DNA of 62,928 nucleotides, filler included, from Octopus bimaculoides (GCF_001194135.2; 5 parts of 4 records of this genome joined end to end with filler, not necessarily neighbours in it), one strand, 5' to 3'; positions 50,735 to 62,928 are shown, counted from the whole stretch's first letter. Notes: generated from the letters alone by a model not told the origin. Translations and numbers: made by a program.

Positions 50735-51540
50735 ATCCATTGATTTTTGGCTGACACATTGATCTACAAACCTATGATTGGTACACTGGTCCATGATTGA
50801 CACATTAGTCGATTAGTCATTGATCTATGATACTGCACTGTTTATTAATCTATGAGACTGAATCATTGATCTTTGACAGACTGAATTACTAATCTATATT
50901 TGACGCAATGATCTATTAATTATTATTAGCACTCTGATTCTTTGGTTTATGATTGGCAGACTTATCAATTAATTTATGATAGGCATAGTGATCTATTAAT
51001 CTATAATTGACGCACAGATTCATTGATAGGTGATCGACTCACTGACCCATCGATCTATGATTGTCACATTTAGTAAACACTATCTAGTGATTTATATGTT
51101 GCATTTACTTATTGATCTGTGCTTAGTGCACTGATCCATTTATCTATGAATTACCCACCTATTCACTGATCAATTACTGTGGCATTGATTCATTGTTCTG
51201 TGATTGACACATGATACTTTTATCTATGAGTGAAATATTGATTCATTGATCACTGATTGACAGACTGATCCAATAATCCACGATTGACATACCGACTCAT
51301 TGGTCTATGCGACTCGTTAATATCTGGTCGACAGATCCATTAGTTCATTGATCTCAATTATCACATTTACTGATCAATGATTGGAAAACTCAGTCATTGT
51401 TCTATAATATCAATCATTTACTCTCTCTCCATAATTATCATATGTTATTGATCTATAATCAGTACAATAATTTCTTGACTTAAGATTACCACATTCGCTT
51501 ATTGATCTATTATCAGTATACATTCTCCATAAATTTATGA
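50735..51540. repeat. Old degenerate minisatellite (~28-bp unit, core CATTGATCTATGATTGAC)
   Basis: The attgatctat/gattgac motif recurs every 25-35 bp over 800 bp. Confidence 0.75.
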
Positions 51541-51542
51541 TT

Positions 51543-51850
51543 ACGACGACGAGGGTCCCAGCTGATACGATCAACGGAACAGCCTGCTCGTGAAATTAAC
51601 GTGCAAGTGACTGAGCAATCCACAGACATGTGTACCCCTAACGTAGTTCTCAGGGAGATTCAGCGTGACACAGAGTGTGACAAGGGTGGCCCTTTGAAAT
51701 ACAGGTACTACTCATTTTTGCCAGCTGAGTGGACTGGAGCAACATGAAATAAAGCGTCTTGCTCAAGGACACAATACGTCGCCGGGAATTGAACTCATGA
51801 CCTTACGATCGTGAGCCGAATGCCCTAACCACTAAGCCACGCGCCTTCTC
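51543..51850 (-). mobile_element. SINE family B, near full length
   Basis: acgacgacgagggtcccagctgatacgatcaacggaacagcc... through the reversed head gaattgaactc...ctaaccactaagccacgcgcc. Confidence 0.88.
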
Positions 51851-51924
51851 CTGAAGATATAGACACACATATACATACATACAAGCATACGTACGCACAT
51901 ATATTATTCATACATATATACACA

Positions 51925-52389
51925 GATATGCAGGAAGTAAATAGACACCTTTAATTTTCAAAATTTCTGATCTAAGCATCTTAATATGTTTTCAGAGGTG
52001 TAGAATTTACAATGTAATTATTCTTTTTCATTCCAGGTGCCATTATATTAAACATTTCCGAAGGGTAACCATGTCACGCACAAAAAATTCAGCAGAACTG
52101 TCAGATTTTCAAAGAGGTTGTATTGTTGGGCAGTCTGAGGCTGGTCTTAGCCAGCGAAAAATTGCCGAAAATCTTCAAATTCCTTTTGCTACTGTTAATA
52201 GAATTATAGTGCAATTCAAAAGCCAAGGAAAAGAAACAACAGATTCTCGTCCCGGCCGACCTGGGCCGTCGGAATGGAAGCTTCGCTGCTTGAAGAGAAT
52301 TTGGGGAAAACGAACCCAGCTAGAAGTTAGTCCAAGAACGTGTGTTACATATCTGCATAAGCTTGGGTATTATGGATGAGCAGCTAGAA
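51925..52389 (+). mobile_element. Tc1 element 5' part (HTH domain), runs into gap
   Basis: ATG at 52071: [49 protein letters not shown]....SRPGRP. Confidence 0.85.
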
Positions 52390-54359
52390 NNNNNNNNNNN
52401 NNNNNNNNNNNNNNNNNNNNNNNNNNNNNNNNNNNNNNNNNNNNNNNNNNNNNNNNNNNNNNNNNNNNNNNNNNNNNNNNNNNNNNNNNNNNNNNNNNNN
52501 NNNNNNNNNNNNNNNNNNNNNNNNNNNNNNNNNNNNNNNNNNNNNNNNNNNNNNNNNNNNNNNNNNNNNNNNNNNNNNNNNNNNNNNNNNNNNNNNNNNN
52601 NNNNNNNNNNNNNNNNNNNNNNNNNNNNNNNNNNNNNNNNNNNNNNNNNNNNNNNNNNNNNNNNNNNNNNNNNNNNNNNNNNNNNNNNNNNNNNNNNNNN
52701 NNNNNNNNNNNNNNNNNNNNNNNNNNNNNNNNNNNNNNNNNNNNNNNNNNNNNNNNNNNNNNNNNNNNNNNNNNNNNNNNNNNNNNNNNNNNNNNNNNNN
52801 NNNNNNNNNNNNNNNNNNNNNNNNNNNNNNNNNNNNNNNNNNNNNNNNNNNNNNNNNNNNNNNNNNNNNNNNNNNNNNNNNNNNNNNNNNNNNNNNNNNN
52901 NNNNNNNNNNNNNNNNNNNNNNNNNNNNNNNNNNNNNNNNNNNNNNNNNNNNNNNNATATATATACACGCCTATGTGTGTGTGTATGTGTGTGTGTTTGT
53001 GTGCGTGCGTGTGTGTGCGTGCGTGTGTGTGCGTGGGGGGGGTGAACAACGGAAACATTATACGAGATGTTTACTTCTAACACGTTTTAAGCAGCTTCAC
53101 AAATAGGGTTAGTAATCGGAACAAGTTTTCGCGCCTTCTTCAGCTAACTCGAGTAAGTGCAGTTGAAGATACTCGAGTTAGCTGAAGAAGTGCAGTTGAA
53201 GATGGCGAAGGGAGGAGATGCTATACTAAAAGATAAGAATGAGCCATAGCGGAAGTAAACAAACCGATAAATAAGGAGGAGAATAAGAGAACGTTGACAT
53301 AGATGCATTTGTATATAAATAAATACGAACTCAGATGAAGATAACACATGAACACGTATTCTTAGATAGAGACATATACACACATGTATTGGCATGTAAG
53401 GATACGTGTGTATATGCAGAGGGTGGCTAGAGCGATGAAACGAATTAACCGATTGATCGATCAATCGGTGTATATGTATATATATATACATATATANNNN
53501 NNNNNNNNNNNNNNNNNNNNNNNNNNNNNNNNNNNNNNNNNNNNNNNNNNNNNNNNNNNNNNNNNNNNNNNNNNNNNNNNNNNNNNNNNNNNNNNNNNNN
53601 NNNNNNNNNNNNNNNNNNNNNNNNNNNNNNNNNNNNNNNNNNNNNNNNNNNNNNNNNNNNNNNNNNNNNNNNNNNNNNNNNNNNNNNNNNNNNNNNNNNN
53701 NNNNNNNNNNNNNNNNNNNNNNNNNNNNNNNNNNNNNNNNNNNNNNNNNNNNNNNNNNNNNNNNNNNNNNNNNNNNNNNNNNNNNNNNNNNNNNNNNNNN
53801 NNNNNNNNNNNNNNNNNNNNNNNNNNNNNNNNNNNNNNNNNNNNNNNNNNNNNNNNNNNNNNNNNNNNNNNNNNNNNNNNNNNNNNNNNNNNNNNNNNNN
53901 NNNNNNNNNNNNNNNNNNNNNNNNNNNNNNNNNNNNNNNNNNNNNNNNNNNNNNNNNNNNNNNNNNNNNNNNNNNNNNNNNNNNNNNNNNNNNNNNNNNN
54001 NNNNNNNNNNNNNNNNNNNNNNNNNNNNNNNNNNNNNNNNNNNNNNNNNNNNNNNNNNNNNNNNNNNNNNNNNNNNNNNNNNNNNNNNNNNNNNNNNNNN
54101 NNNNNNNNNNNNNNNNNNNNNNNNNNNNNNNNNNNNNNNNNNNNNNNNNNNNNNNNNNNNNNNNNNNNNNNNNNNNNNNNNNNNNNNNNNNNNNNNNNNN
54201 NNNNNNNNNNNNNNNNNNNNNNNNNNNNNNNNNNNNNNNNNNNNNNNNNNNNNNNNNNNNNNNNNNNNNNNNNNNNNNNNNNNNNNNNNNNNNNNNNNNN
54301 NNNNATATATATATACATACATACATACACATATATACACATGCCGTTACCATTCCTTC

Positions 54360-54680
54360 ACTGAACCTTGCTCGACCATGTGTACCCACGGGGTTCTTCA
54401 GCCCAGTTTTCGTTCTCCAAGCACAGTCACAGTTCTAACACTTGGACTGTCTGACTCCTGGCATCACCAGCTGAGTTGCAACCTCATGTATTTTACTATG
54501 CGTCGTCAGACCTCCAGCTGGCATGCAAGTTATTCCGCATTACTTGATTTCTCTCTGGTTCATATGAGATTAACTGGCTGACTAATCTAGCTCTTGAGAG
54601 AACTGTTGCACCTAAGTCCAGCTTATGGAGTGAACACTTCAGAGCAGCACGCTCCACTCTCTTTTGCTCATCGGCAACAC
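54360..54680 (-). mobile_element. Decayed RTE-like LINE 3' fragment
   Basis: Weak: RRIVKYMRLQLSW*CQESDSPSVR...G*RTPW. Confidence 0.3.
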
Positions 54681-54861
54681 ATCTACTCTTATCAGTCTTT
54701 CTCCCTCTGTGTGTGTGTGTGTGTGTGTGTGTGTNNNNNNNNNNGTGTGAATGGCTGGAATGCAGCAAAGCTGATTAGGAATACCAAAAGTATGACTGAA
54801 GGTAAATACCTCACAGTTGTGTTCTGCATACTAAATAATAATAATGATAAAAATAAAATAG

Positions 54862-55067
54862 TGGTTTCAAGTTTTGGCACAAGGCCAGCAATTTTGGGGA
54901 ATAGGTGAGTCGATATAATCGACCCAGTGCTCAACTGGTATCGACCCCGAAAAGGTGAAAAACAAAGTCGACCTCAGCAGAATTTAAACTCAGAAGGTAA
55001 TGACGGACGAAATGCTGCTAAACATTTTGCCCGGCACGGTAACGATTCTGCCAGTTCACCGCCTTAA
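54862..55067 (-). mobile_element. SINE family C
   Basis: Reverse complement of the family C consensus. Confidence 0.82.
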
Positions 55068-55999
55068 ATTCTAATAAAATATTACAGAGTCTCACATAAG
55101 TAATATGGCAAGATGAAAAACTTTAAGCGAGGTTATCTTTACGATTAGTCGACAAAAACTACCTTTAGCAATAGCATCAAAGCATTTGCTTTCGGTAGTT
55201 AGCTTAAAAACCAGATACACACTTATACCACATTTTTATATAGTTTTCAGCAATTTCGAGTAAATGACTCTATTTATTTCTTTTGATTGTTGTTTGTAGT
55301 CTTTAAACACCTACAAAGGAAAGTTTTGTCCAGCAATTTTGATGCATAACTGAATATTTTCAAATCATTCCTTTACATAAGGAACACCGTACCATATTTG
55401 TCTTTAGTCTGTAGAACACACCCTTTGGGAACTTTTCCCTCAGCAATATTACTGGTGTATATATATATATATATATNNNNNNNNNNNNNNNNNNNNNNNN
55501 NNNNNNNNNNNNNNNNNNNNNNNNNNNNNNNNNNNNNNNNNNNNNNNNNNNNNNNNNNNNNNNNNNNNNNNNNNNNNNNNNNNNNNNNNNNNNNNNNNNN
55601 NNNNNNNNNNNNNNNNNNNNNNNNNNNNNNNNNNNNNNNNNNNNNNNNNNNNNNNNNNNNNNNNNNNNNNNNNNNNNNNNNNNNNNNNNNNNNNNNNNNN
55701 NNNNNNNNNNNNNNNNNNNNNNNNNNNNNNNNNNNNNNNNNNNNNNNNNNNNNNNNNNNNNNNNNNNNNNATATATATATATATATACACATAAGTCTGG
55801 CTTATATATATATATGGCACTCCGTCAATTACGACGACAAGAGTTCCAGTTGATCCGAGAACGTCGTTCTTCCACACCATTAATCCTCTATAGTAAACCA
55901 ACGTGGAAGTTTCACCAACCGCATTGCCTGACTGGTAGACCACTGGACAAAAATCCAGATGTCAAACATTGTCTAGGTCTTTGCTTGACTCAAGTCTAC

Positions 56000-56250
56000 A
56001 GCTCATATTGCCAGAGTGTAGCAAGCGACTCGTGAATTAGAAATTACGAAATCAAGTGTCCATCGTATTTTGAAGCGGTATCATTGGAAAAGGCACATTC
56101 CAAAAATAGTCCATGGTCTCAATGAAGATGATACGAATCGAAGAATAGAATTTTTGTGAGTGGTACTTGGCAAGACGTGTAAAGGATGCACAATTCCAAC
56201 AATGATTATCTGGACCGATGAGGCTACATTCAATTTAAACGGCTCAACTT
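56000..56250 (+). mobile_element. IS630-Tc1-mariner transposase fragment (first catalytic D region)
   Basis: ITKSSVHRILKR...IPKIVHGLNEDDTNRRIEFCEWYL...IIWTDEATFNLNGS. Confidence 0.8.
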
Positions 56251-56787
56251 AACTTAATTAGGTTAGTTGAGCCATTTAATTATACTGGCCAAATTGTCTA
56301 TTGTTTAACACATTCATAAACTTAAACACAAGGGATATTGGTGGAACATGCTCACCAAAATAACTACCAAGTTGTTGTATTGGACTTATAAGATAAAGTA
56401 TGTACTGTCATAGCGGTCAGCTGCCCCGCTGGTGTAAATACGGACTAATTACCAGCTTCTATACCCAGATAATATATATGTACATATATACCAATAAGAA
56501 TTGGTACGCTTCATTTTGGGAGCAAATGCCTGACTATCTGGAAATGCTAGTTTTCAGAAAAAGAAATCAACCAGCTTGCATACACATTACAAATACGATT
56601 TATGAGCAGAACAATAAAAAGATGCAAGGCTTTTCTCAAATGTTATATGCGAATCTATTTTTTGTGATTTACATTTCAACCATAGAGCTTCGTATCTTTA
56701 TTAGAAACCAACTCCTTTCTTACAGGAAGATTTTGAGCAAATAAAAATAGAAGAATACACAAACACACATCGCTACACGCACATACA

Positions 56788-56818
<31 letters not shown>

Positions 56819-56819
56819 T

Positions 56820-57010
56820 ATGATTGACCGTTGACTGAACACTATTCAATTTTTTTTCTCCGTGTTTTTCTCCTTGTCTCCGTATTCTTTCTGTTGAAGA
56901 GCGTAGCTCGAAACGTCAAAGACTTTCCGTATTCCCGAGCGTCATACTAATATATACTTTTGTTATTTACACCACCTGTCCTCGTCTGTTGTTATTATTT
57001 GTATATTCTC
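56820..57010 (+). mobile_element. Penelope-type terminal-repeat fragment with hammerhead-like motif
   Basis: CTGTTGA-A-GAGC-GTA-GCTC-GAAACG...CGTC (56891-56943). Confidence 0.5.
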
Positions 57011-57399
57011 CTACATACATACATACATACATACGTACATACATACATACATACATACATATAGACATAGATACATATTTAAGGACATGCAGTGATAGTG
57101 AAATCATCGCATAATACCCCTCTCAAGTTTCAGAGATTTGGGTTATCACATTGTTGTGGTCGATGTTGCCGCTGTTGATGTTGTTGTTCTTCATTTTGTT
57201 CTTGTTTTGCCTTTCGTTCTTTTGGAGTCGATAAAATATAGCACAAGTCAAGGACTGGGAGTTATCGTATCGAATCATGCCCTCCACTCGAAATTGCTGG
57301 CCTTGAGCCAAAATTAGAAACAATTGCTATTTTTATGATCATCATCATCATTACCACCACCATCATCATCAACATCATCATCGGATTATGCATGCATAC

Positions 57400-57461
<62 letters not shown>

Positions 57462-57760
57462 NNNNNNNNNNNNNNNNNNNNNNNNNNNNNNNNNNNNNNN
57501 NNNNNNNNNNNNNNNNNNNNNNNNNNNNNNNNNNNNNNNNNNNNNNNNNNNNNNNNNNNNNNNNNNNNNNNNNNNNNNNNNNNNNNNNNNNNNNNNNNNN
57601 NNNNNNNNNNNNNNNNNNNNNNNNNNNNNNNNNNNNNNNNNNNNNNNNNNNNNNNNNNNNNNNNNNNNNNNNNNNNNNNNNNNNNNNNNNNNNNNNNNNN
57701 NNNNNNNNNNNNNNNNNNNNNNNNNNNNNNNNNNNNNNNNNNNNNNNNNNNNNNNNNNNN

Positions 57761-57803
<43 letters not shown>

Positions 57804-58054
57804 ATGTGAGTGCGTGTATGCACGCGTGTGTGTGTTGCATATAGAAGAAAGCAGTAGTTGCATTGACAGGTAGAAGAATGATCTAGATAGGTAGATAGAT
57901 AGATAGATAGATAGATACAATGGTTGATATTTATGTCTGTCTGTATGTATGTATGTATGTATGTAAGTATGTATGTATGTATGTATGTATGTATGTATGT
58001 GTATGCATTTGTGTACACACACACACACACACACACAGCACGCACCCACGCACA

Positions 58055-59736
58055 TAGAGTGTGCGAGAGGTATTTGAGGACATTTAGTAATTCAATAAAC
58101 AATTCTAATCTAGCAATAGCCAAATGTATTTTAATAAAAATTTCTGCTCATGGTCTCGATAAGATTTCTTGCAAGAATATTCTATGAATACGACTTCAGC
58201 TTCGATGACTACTTCAATGCGAGGCCGCGATTGTTGACCTACCTACACTAGATGATCCTTAATTCATTTCTGACATCATCTGGACAAGGGCAGCCTTCAG
58301 TGAAAATATAGTGTTGTAAGGATGTCGAACAGTCTCCCTTTCAACAACGCTCCAAACATAGAAGTGTTCCTGGGATTTAAATCTGGAGAGTTTGAAGGCC
58401 ACAAGCTTGGTGTTACGTGATCGTAAAGATTGTCTGACTTCCGTTCTCGGGTTACGTGGGTTTTGCGAGAAGGTGCTGCATCTTGTTAAAACACGTACGA
58501 CCTTCCACTGCGTACTTCATTCATTCGGTACCTAACAACTGTCTCCAGTACCTCAATATATCCAGCGGCATTGATCCTTAGACTCATACGCGCACATACA
58601 CAGACATAATTCCCAAATATGTCCTCAAATACCTCTCGCACTCTGTATGTGGGGGAAGGGGTGCATATATACATACATACATGCATGCATATACATCTAT
58701 CTATCTGTCTCCAGCACCTCAGCGTATCCAGTAGCACAGATGCACATACGCGCGCGCGCGCACATACACGTACAAACAAACAATCACATTCAGAAAGAGA
58801 GAGAAAGAGACCCTGCCGAAAGATATGAGGTGGCATGACCTTCGTTTCCAATAACATTTCTAAAACCTTCACAATTTCTGGAAACTTAGTCTGCATTTCT
58901 TTGGGAGACATCAGAAGGATCAGTGCGTAACCATTTATCGATTCTCCTGTTAAACTTTTGGTTTTTGTCGAAATTTTTCCCATCGAAAAAGAACCAAAGC
59001 ATGCCATGCTTGGGGAGAGTTTTTAACCTTGTTAAAAACCACTTGGAACGGATCAAACAGTTTACTTGTAACTTTACCTCTCCTGAGTGCATACGACTTG
59101 TATCGAATATCCTCATGTACTACACTTTTGAATATCCTCATGCACTACACCTGAAGTTTTTTTAACAATCATCCTCATTGATTTCCGGGATCACCATCGA
59201 TAATGTTTTGAACTTTGGATGAATTGTGGAGTCCTTATAGTGTCAGAACATTTAGAATCTTCTCTTTCTTTATTTTTTACGTTTATGAATTTGTTTTGCA
59301 AGATTCCTGAGGTAAAATCGTGTGTGACGAATGATTTCCAAACAATTAACATAAGATAAAATAAGAACAATAATAAACGAGTGAAGAACGAATATCTAGT
59401 GCGTGTGTTTATTTGGCAAGAAAATAGAAAGAAAAAATGACCATTTCGAAATATAATGACCATTTTTTTTTGTATGTTTGATGCAGTTGAAACATTCCCA
59501 CCAGAGGCTTTCAATTCCATCTGAATTTTGTATACGAAAGATCTGGCACCATGTAGAAAGTTGGTAATTTCTAAATCCCTGTGTTGCACATGGCAACAAT
59601 GACTGCATGTCTTTTCATTTCTTGTGTTAACTTTTTACCAGCCAAGGGGGATTTGAATGCAATAACATCCTTCTGATAAGTTTGAAGAGAGTAATATACT
59701 GATAAATGTCTTCAAATACCCCTCGCACGTTGTCTA
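58055..59736 (-). mobile_element. Near full-length maT/DD37D element with both TIRs and two internal insertions
   Basis: TIRs TGCGAGAGGTATTTGAGGACATTT (58062) / AAATGTCTTCAAATACCCCTCGCA (59704). Transposase motifs SDTIRTPQFI, VVHEDIRYKSYALRRG, MLWFFFDGKNF, PPHIFRQGLRINAAGYIEVLETVV, QDAAP, WPSNSPDLNP, RPRIEVVIEAE. Confidence 0.9.
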
Positions 59737-60112
59737 CACTCACACAAACACGCACGCACACACACATATACACGATCACACACACATGTACACATGCACA
59801 CACGCACACACACGCACGCACACGCACACACACGCACACACACGATCACACACGATCACACATACGCACATGTACACACACACATGCAATCACACTTGTA
59901 TATACACACACACGCATGTATACACGCATGTACAAACATATATACATGCATGTACACACATGTATACATGCATGTATACACACATATATATACACACACA
60001 CAGTCTCAAATGTATATACAGACACACACGCACACATGACCACACACACACGCACGCACACACAATGACACAGTACACACACACAAACACACAATCACAT
60101 ACACACTCATAC

Positions 60113-60176
<64 letters not shown>

Positions 60177-61199
60177 GAGAGAAATAGTCAGCGCCAAACA
60201 AGACAGGCAGCCATGCGAACAGACCGAAATACTGGCAAGGATGAGAAAACAGTGAGATAGAAAAAATAACGCGAGTAATGGAGGGGGGGTGAGGTGAAAA
60301 GAAGAAAGACAGAACTCAACAATAGAGACCTCAATAAAAGAATCAGGGAGGTAATGTGATAAAATGAAAACCGTATAGTGAGCGAATGATGGAGAAAGTT
60401 ATAAGAGATAGAAAGAGGAAGAAGGAAGAAATTTGTGTATGATATCGAAATGTGTGTGATGGGAGGGCATTGGTAAATAATAAAAAAGAAGTCGAGGCAG
60501 ATTTTGATTAAGAGAAAAACGAATGATATATATATATACGTGTGTGTTTATTCATATACACACACACACACACACACACGCATGCACATATGCAATAATA
60601 ATTCTTTCTACGATATAATTTATTTGTGTATTAAGGCTACCATTGGTTTCATGTTAAGAAAAATAGGAAAATATCATAGTGTCTTAACAATTTTTCTACC
60701 CGACCACATGAAGAAAGGTGTTTCGCCTCCAAACGCTTAGTTTTAGAATGGTGGCAGCTGATGAAGGAAATGTTCTCTATGTGGTCCGAGTGTTTTCTGT
60801 ACTCTGTTTATCATTTTGTCCACGTTTTTTGCAACGTCCTGTACCCAGATATGCATCTATATATACATGTAGATGTAGGTATGTGCATACATGTACGTAT
60901 ATATGCATATACTCACATATTATATATATATATATATATATATATCGTTTTGGGATTTGGTTTGCAAGATTCTTTATGTGAGTTCGTGTGTTGAAGCATA
61001 TTCTGTTGTGTCTGGGGAGAGTCATTTTGGAGTCATTTTTGATTTTTTAATGGAATTAAGGAAAATGCACCGATGATAACAGGTACGGCTGTCAGTTTAG
61101 TGTCTGGGCATCCGACTTTCTTGACATTTCTACACCCCATTTTTATCTTTTATCTTTTACGCTTTTAATATTGTCATTAAATAAGGTCCATTTTAGAAA

Positions 61200-62625
61200 A
61201 TAGCATCCGATTATGAAGAAGAGAATATGTGGTGAGTTTTCTGACGCTGAGATTGTTTCATACTGCAAATATTTTCAACAGTTCAGGAAGATTATATTTA
61301 AGAAAGAACGTCACAGTGACAAGCAAATGAAGCTGGGCCCTTTCTTTAAGCTAATATCACTGACTCCACCTTCAACCTCCTATGCATCACAACCGTTGGC
61401 ATATAAACCGTGGCCCATTTGTGAAGATTTGCATATTTCAGAACAAGTCTCAAATAAATTATTCCTCTTCATCTCTACCTTGAGAGAACAAAAAAAAATG
61501 TGCTCAGCTACCCCTAAAAGCCTCGAAATAGTGGGGAATCCTCAAAATAGTGGAGAACCCGTCAATTTCACTGCACAAGGGACACATTTCTGGAATTTCA
61601 TTGTTTCGAGCTACAACTGGTATGATTTGTAACACGTGGCGTTTGAGCAAACAACGTGGTCTAAAAACAATTCTGCCAGCAGGATTTAGGTCAATCAAGG
61701 ACATAAATAAAATACGCGATTTATAAGATGGTCACTCTTGTGAATCAGTTGCACCATTCCTTTTCAAGAAAGAGATGCACATTTCATTGATTGAGATATT
61801 TTGTAGAGAACTTCTGATATTACTGGTTGATTTCTCTACACCAGTGTAACCTTTGTGCATGCAGAATGGTTGATGTAATACTCCACAGAGTTAACTACAT
61901 TGTTTGCCACCGATATGATAGCTTTATTTCGAAAGTATTTTATTATTTTGTCCTTGAGTAGAGCCATATACTGTAGCATCTGAATCAGCCTGATAACGTT
62001 GCATTTTCTCAATGAGGTCACCGACCGTGGCCTATTCCTCATTATTTTCTGGCACATATTCTATAACTTTCATAAAGGAATCTGCTTGTACATCAAATTC
62101 TAAAACGTTTGGCAGTTATATCAAGTATATATTTCTCAGGTATTTGCTTACCAGTTCTGAAGTTTATACTACAATGATAAACAATATTTCTTGCATGTAG
62201 ATCAGAGATAAAAAGCTATCTGTAATTTTACCTTAAGACACCAGTCATTCTGTTTCTTTCCACGAGTATTCTAGGACCGTAGTTTTGAAGTTACACTTGA
62301 TAAAATTTGAGAAGGGATCCTTTCTTTTGTTCTATAATAAATTCTTCCTTTCATTTGGGACAATTCTTCTTGTCAAACTATTTAACAAATCCTAGTTTAT
62401 GTTTTTGAGCCTTTAAAAACTCTTGTTCTTTTCTATGCCTTTGAGCTTCCATACTAGGTGGTTTTCAGTATTCCTTTCGACACTGTCCGTGTACTTCTTG
62501 TTTACGTAAGCACTGTTGGTGTTACAATACCTCTTATTTCACTTGCTTTTAGGATACGCATCCATTTGTTGCAGGCTTTTCACTTGCTTCATTTAACAAT
62601 ATAAGTTTACTGTATGAGGAACGAT
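61200..62625 (-). mobile_element. Academ-like DNA transposon transposase remnant with internal deletions
   Basis: Minus-strand segments QEVHGQCRKEY, ISDLHARNIVYHCSINFRTGKQIP, FMKVIEYVPENNEE*ATVGDLIEKM, GMVQLIHKSDH, FMSLIDLNP, A*RKG..LHL are colinear with the large invertebrate transposase family I recall as Academ. The superfamily label needs a Repbase/Dfam check. Confidence 0.6.
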
Positions 62626-62649
62626 GAATTCATCCATCTTTATTGTTTA

Positions 62650-62741
62650 CTAGCAGAAATACCCGGCGTTGCCCGGGTTAAAGAGAATAATGAAATCTAA
62701 AAACGCCGTCTAGACTACGCATCATCTTTATATATAGAGAT
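62650..62741 (-). mobile_element. Complete 92-bp non-autonomous Helitron-like element
   Basis: Minus strand: A|TCTCTATATATAAAAGATG ... CCCGGGCAACGCCGGG hairpin, TATTTCTG, CTAG|T. Inserted between A and T with no TSD. Confidence 0.8.
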
Positions 62742-62928
62742 GTATATACACACACGCACCCAAACACACGTATATATATGTATATCAATATAAATATATG
62801 AAAGTCAATGAAGTTTCGTAAAAGAAGGTGATCATGTACATACTTTCTTGCTGTTGTGATTATAACACCTCATTGTAAACTATGTTCCTTGTTTTCCCTT
62901 GTGGAGCATATACAAATAGGTTTTTTGT

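Noticed and set aside
61213-61632. 139-aa plus-strand ORF
   Set aside because: Antisense shadow of the Academ-like remnant.

Overview
Repeat-saturated, AT-rich animal genomic DNA with many N gaps. The SINE families and microsatellite load look like an octopus/coleoid cephalopod; this is recognition from memory, not a database hit. Only two host-gene exons are well supported, both on the + strand: a 64-nt EH-domain exon of an intersectin/Dap160-like gene (1248-1311) and the first coding exon of an invertebrate claudin/PMP22-family gene (27308-27578). I could not find the next exon of either. A weak candidate first exon lies on the - strand at 47183-47224. The rest is microsatellite, three tRNA-derived SINE families and decayed transposons: RTE, R4/Dong and Penelope retroelements, a Gypsy gag-integrase remnant, hAT, Tc1, mariner, two maT/DD37D copies, pogo-type MITEs, non-autonomous Helitrons and an Academ-like remnant. 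No intact autonomous element and no prokaryote-type system (CRISPR etc.) is present. The most interesting signals are: (i) a tRNA-head/(TAA)n/hammerhead-like module at the 3' end of a Penelope element, plus three other hammerhead-like relics; (ii) several insertions apparently templated from DNA 0.5-1.7 kb away; (iii) long inverted repeats; (iv) a CpG-decayed domain around the orphan intersectin exon; (v) a complete 92-bp mini-Helitron. I cannot claim a new biological system. These are testable leads, and all protein and RNA-structure calls were made by eye.
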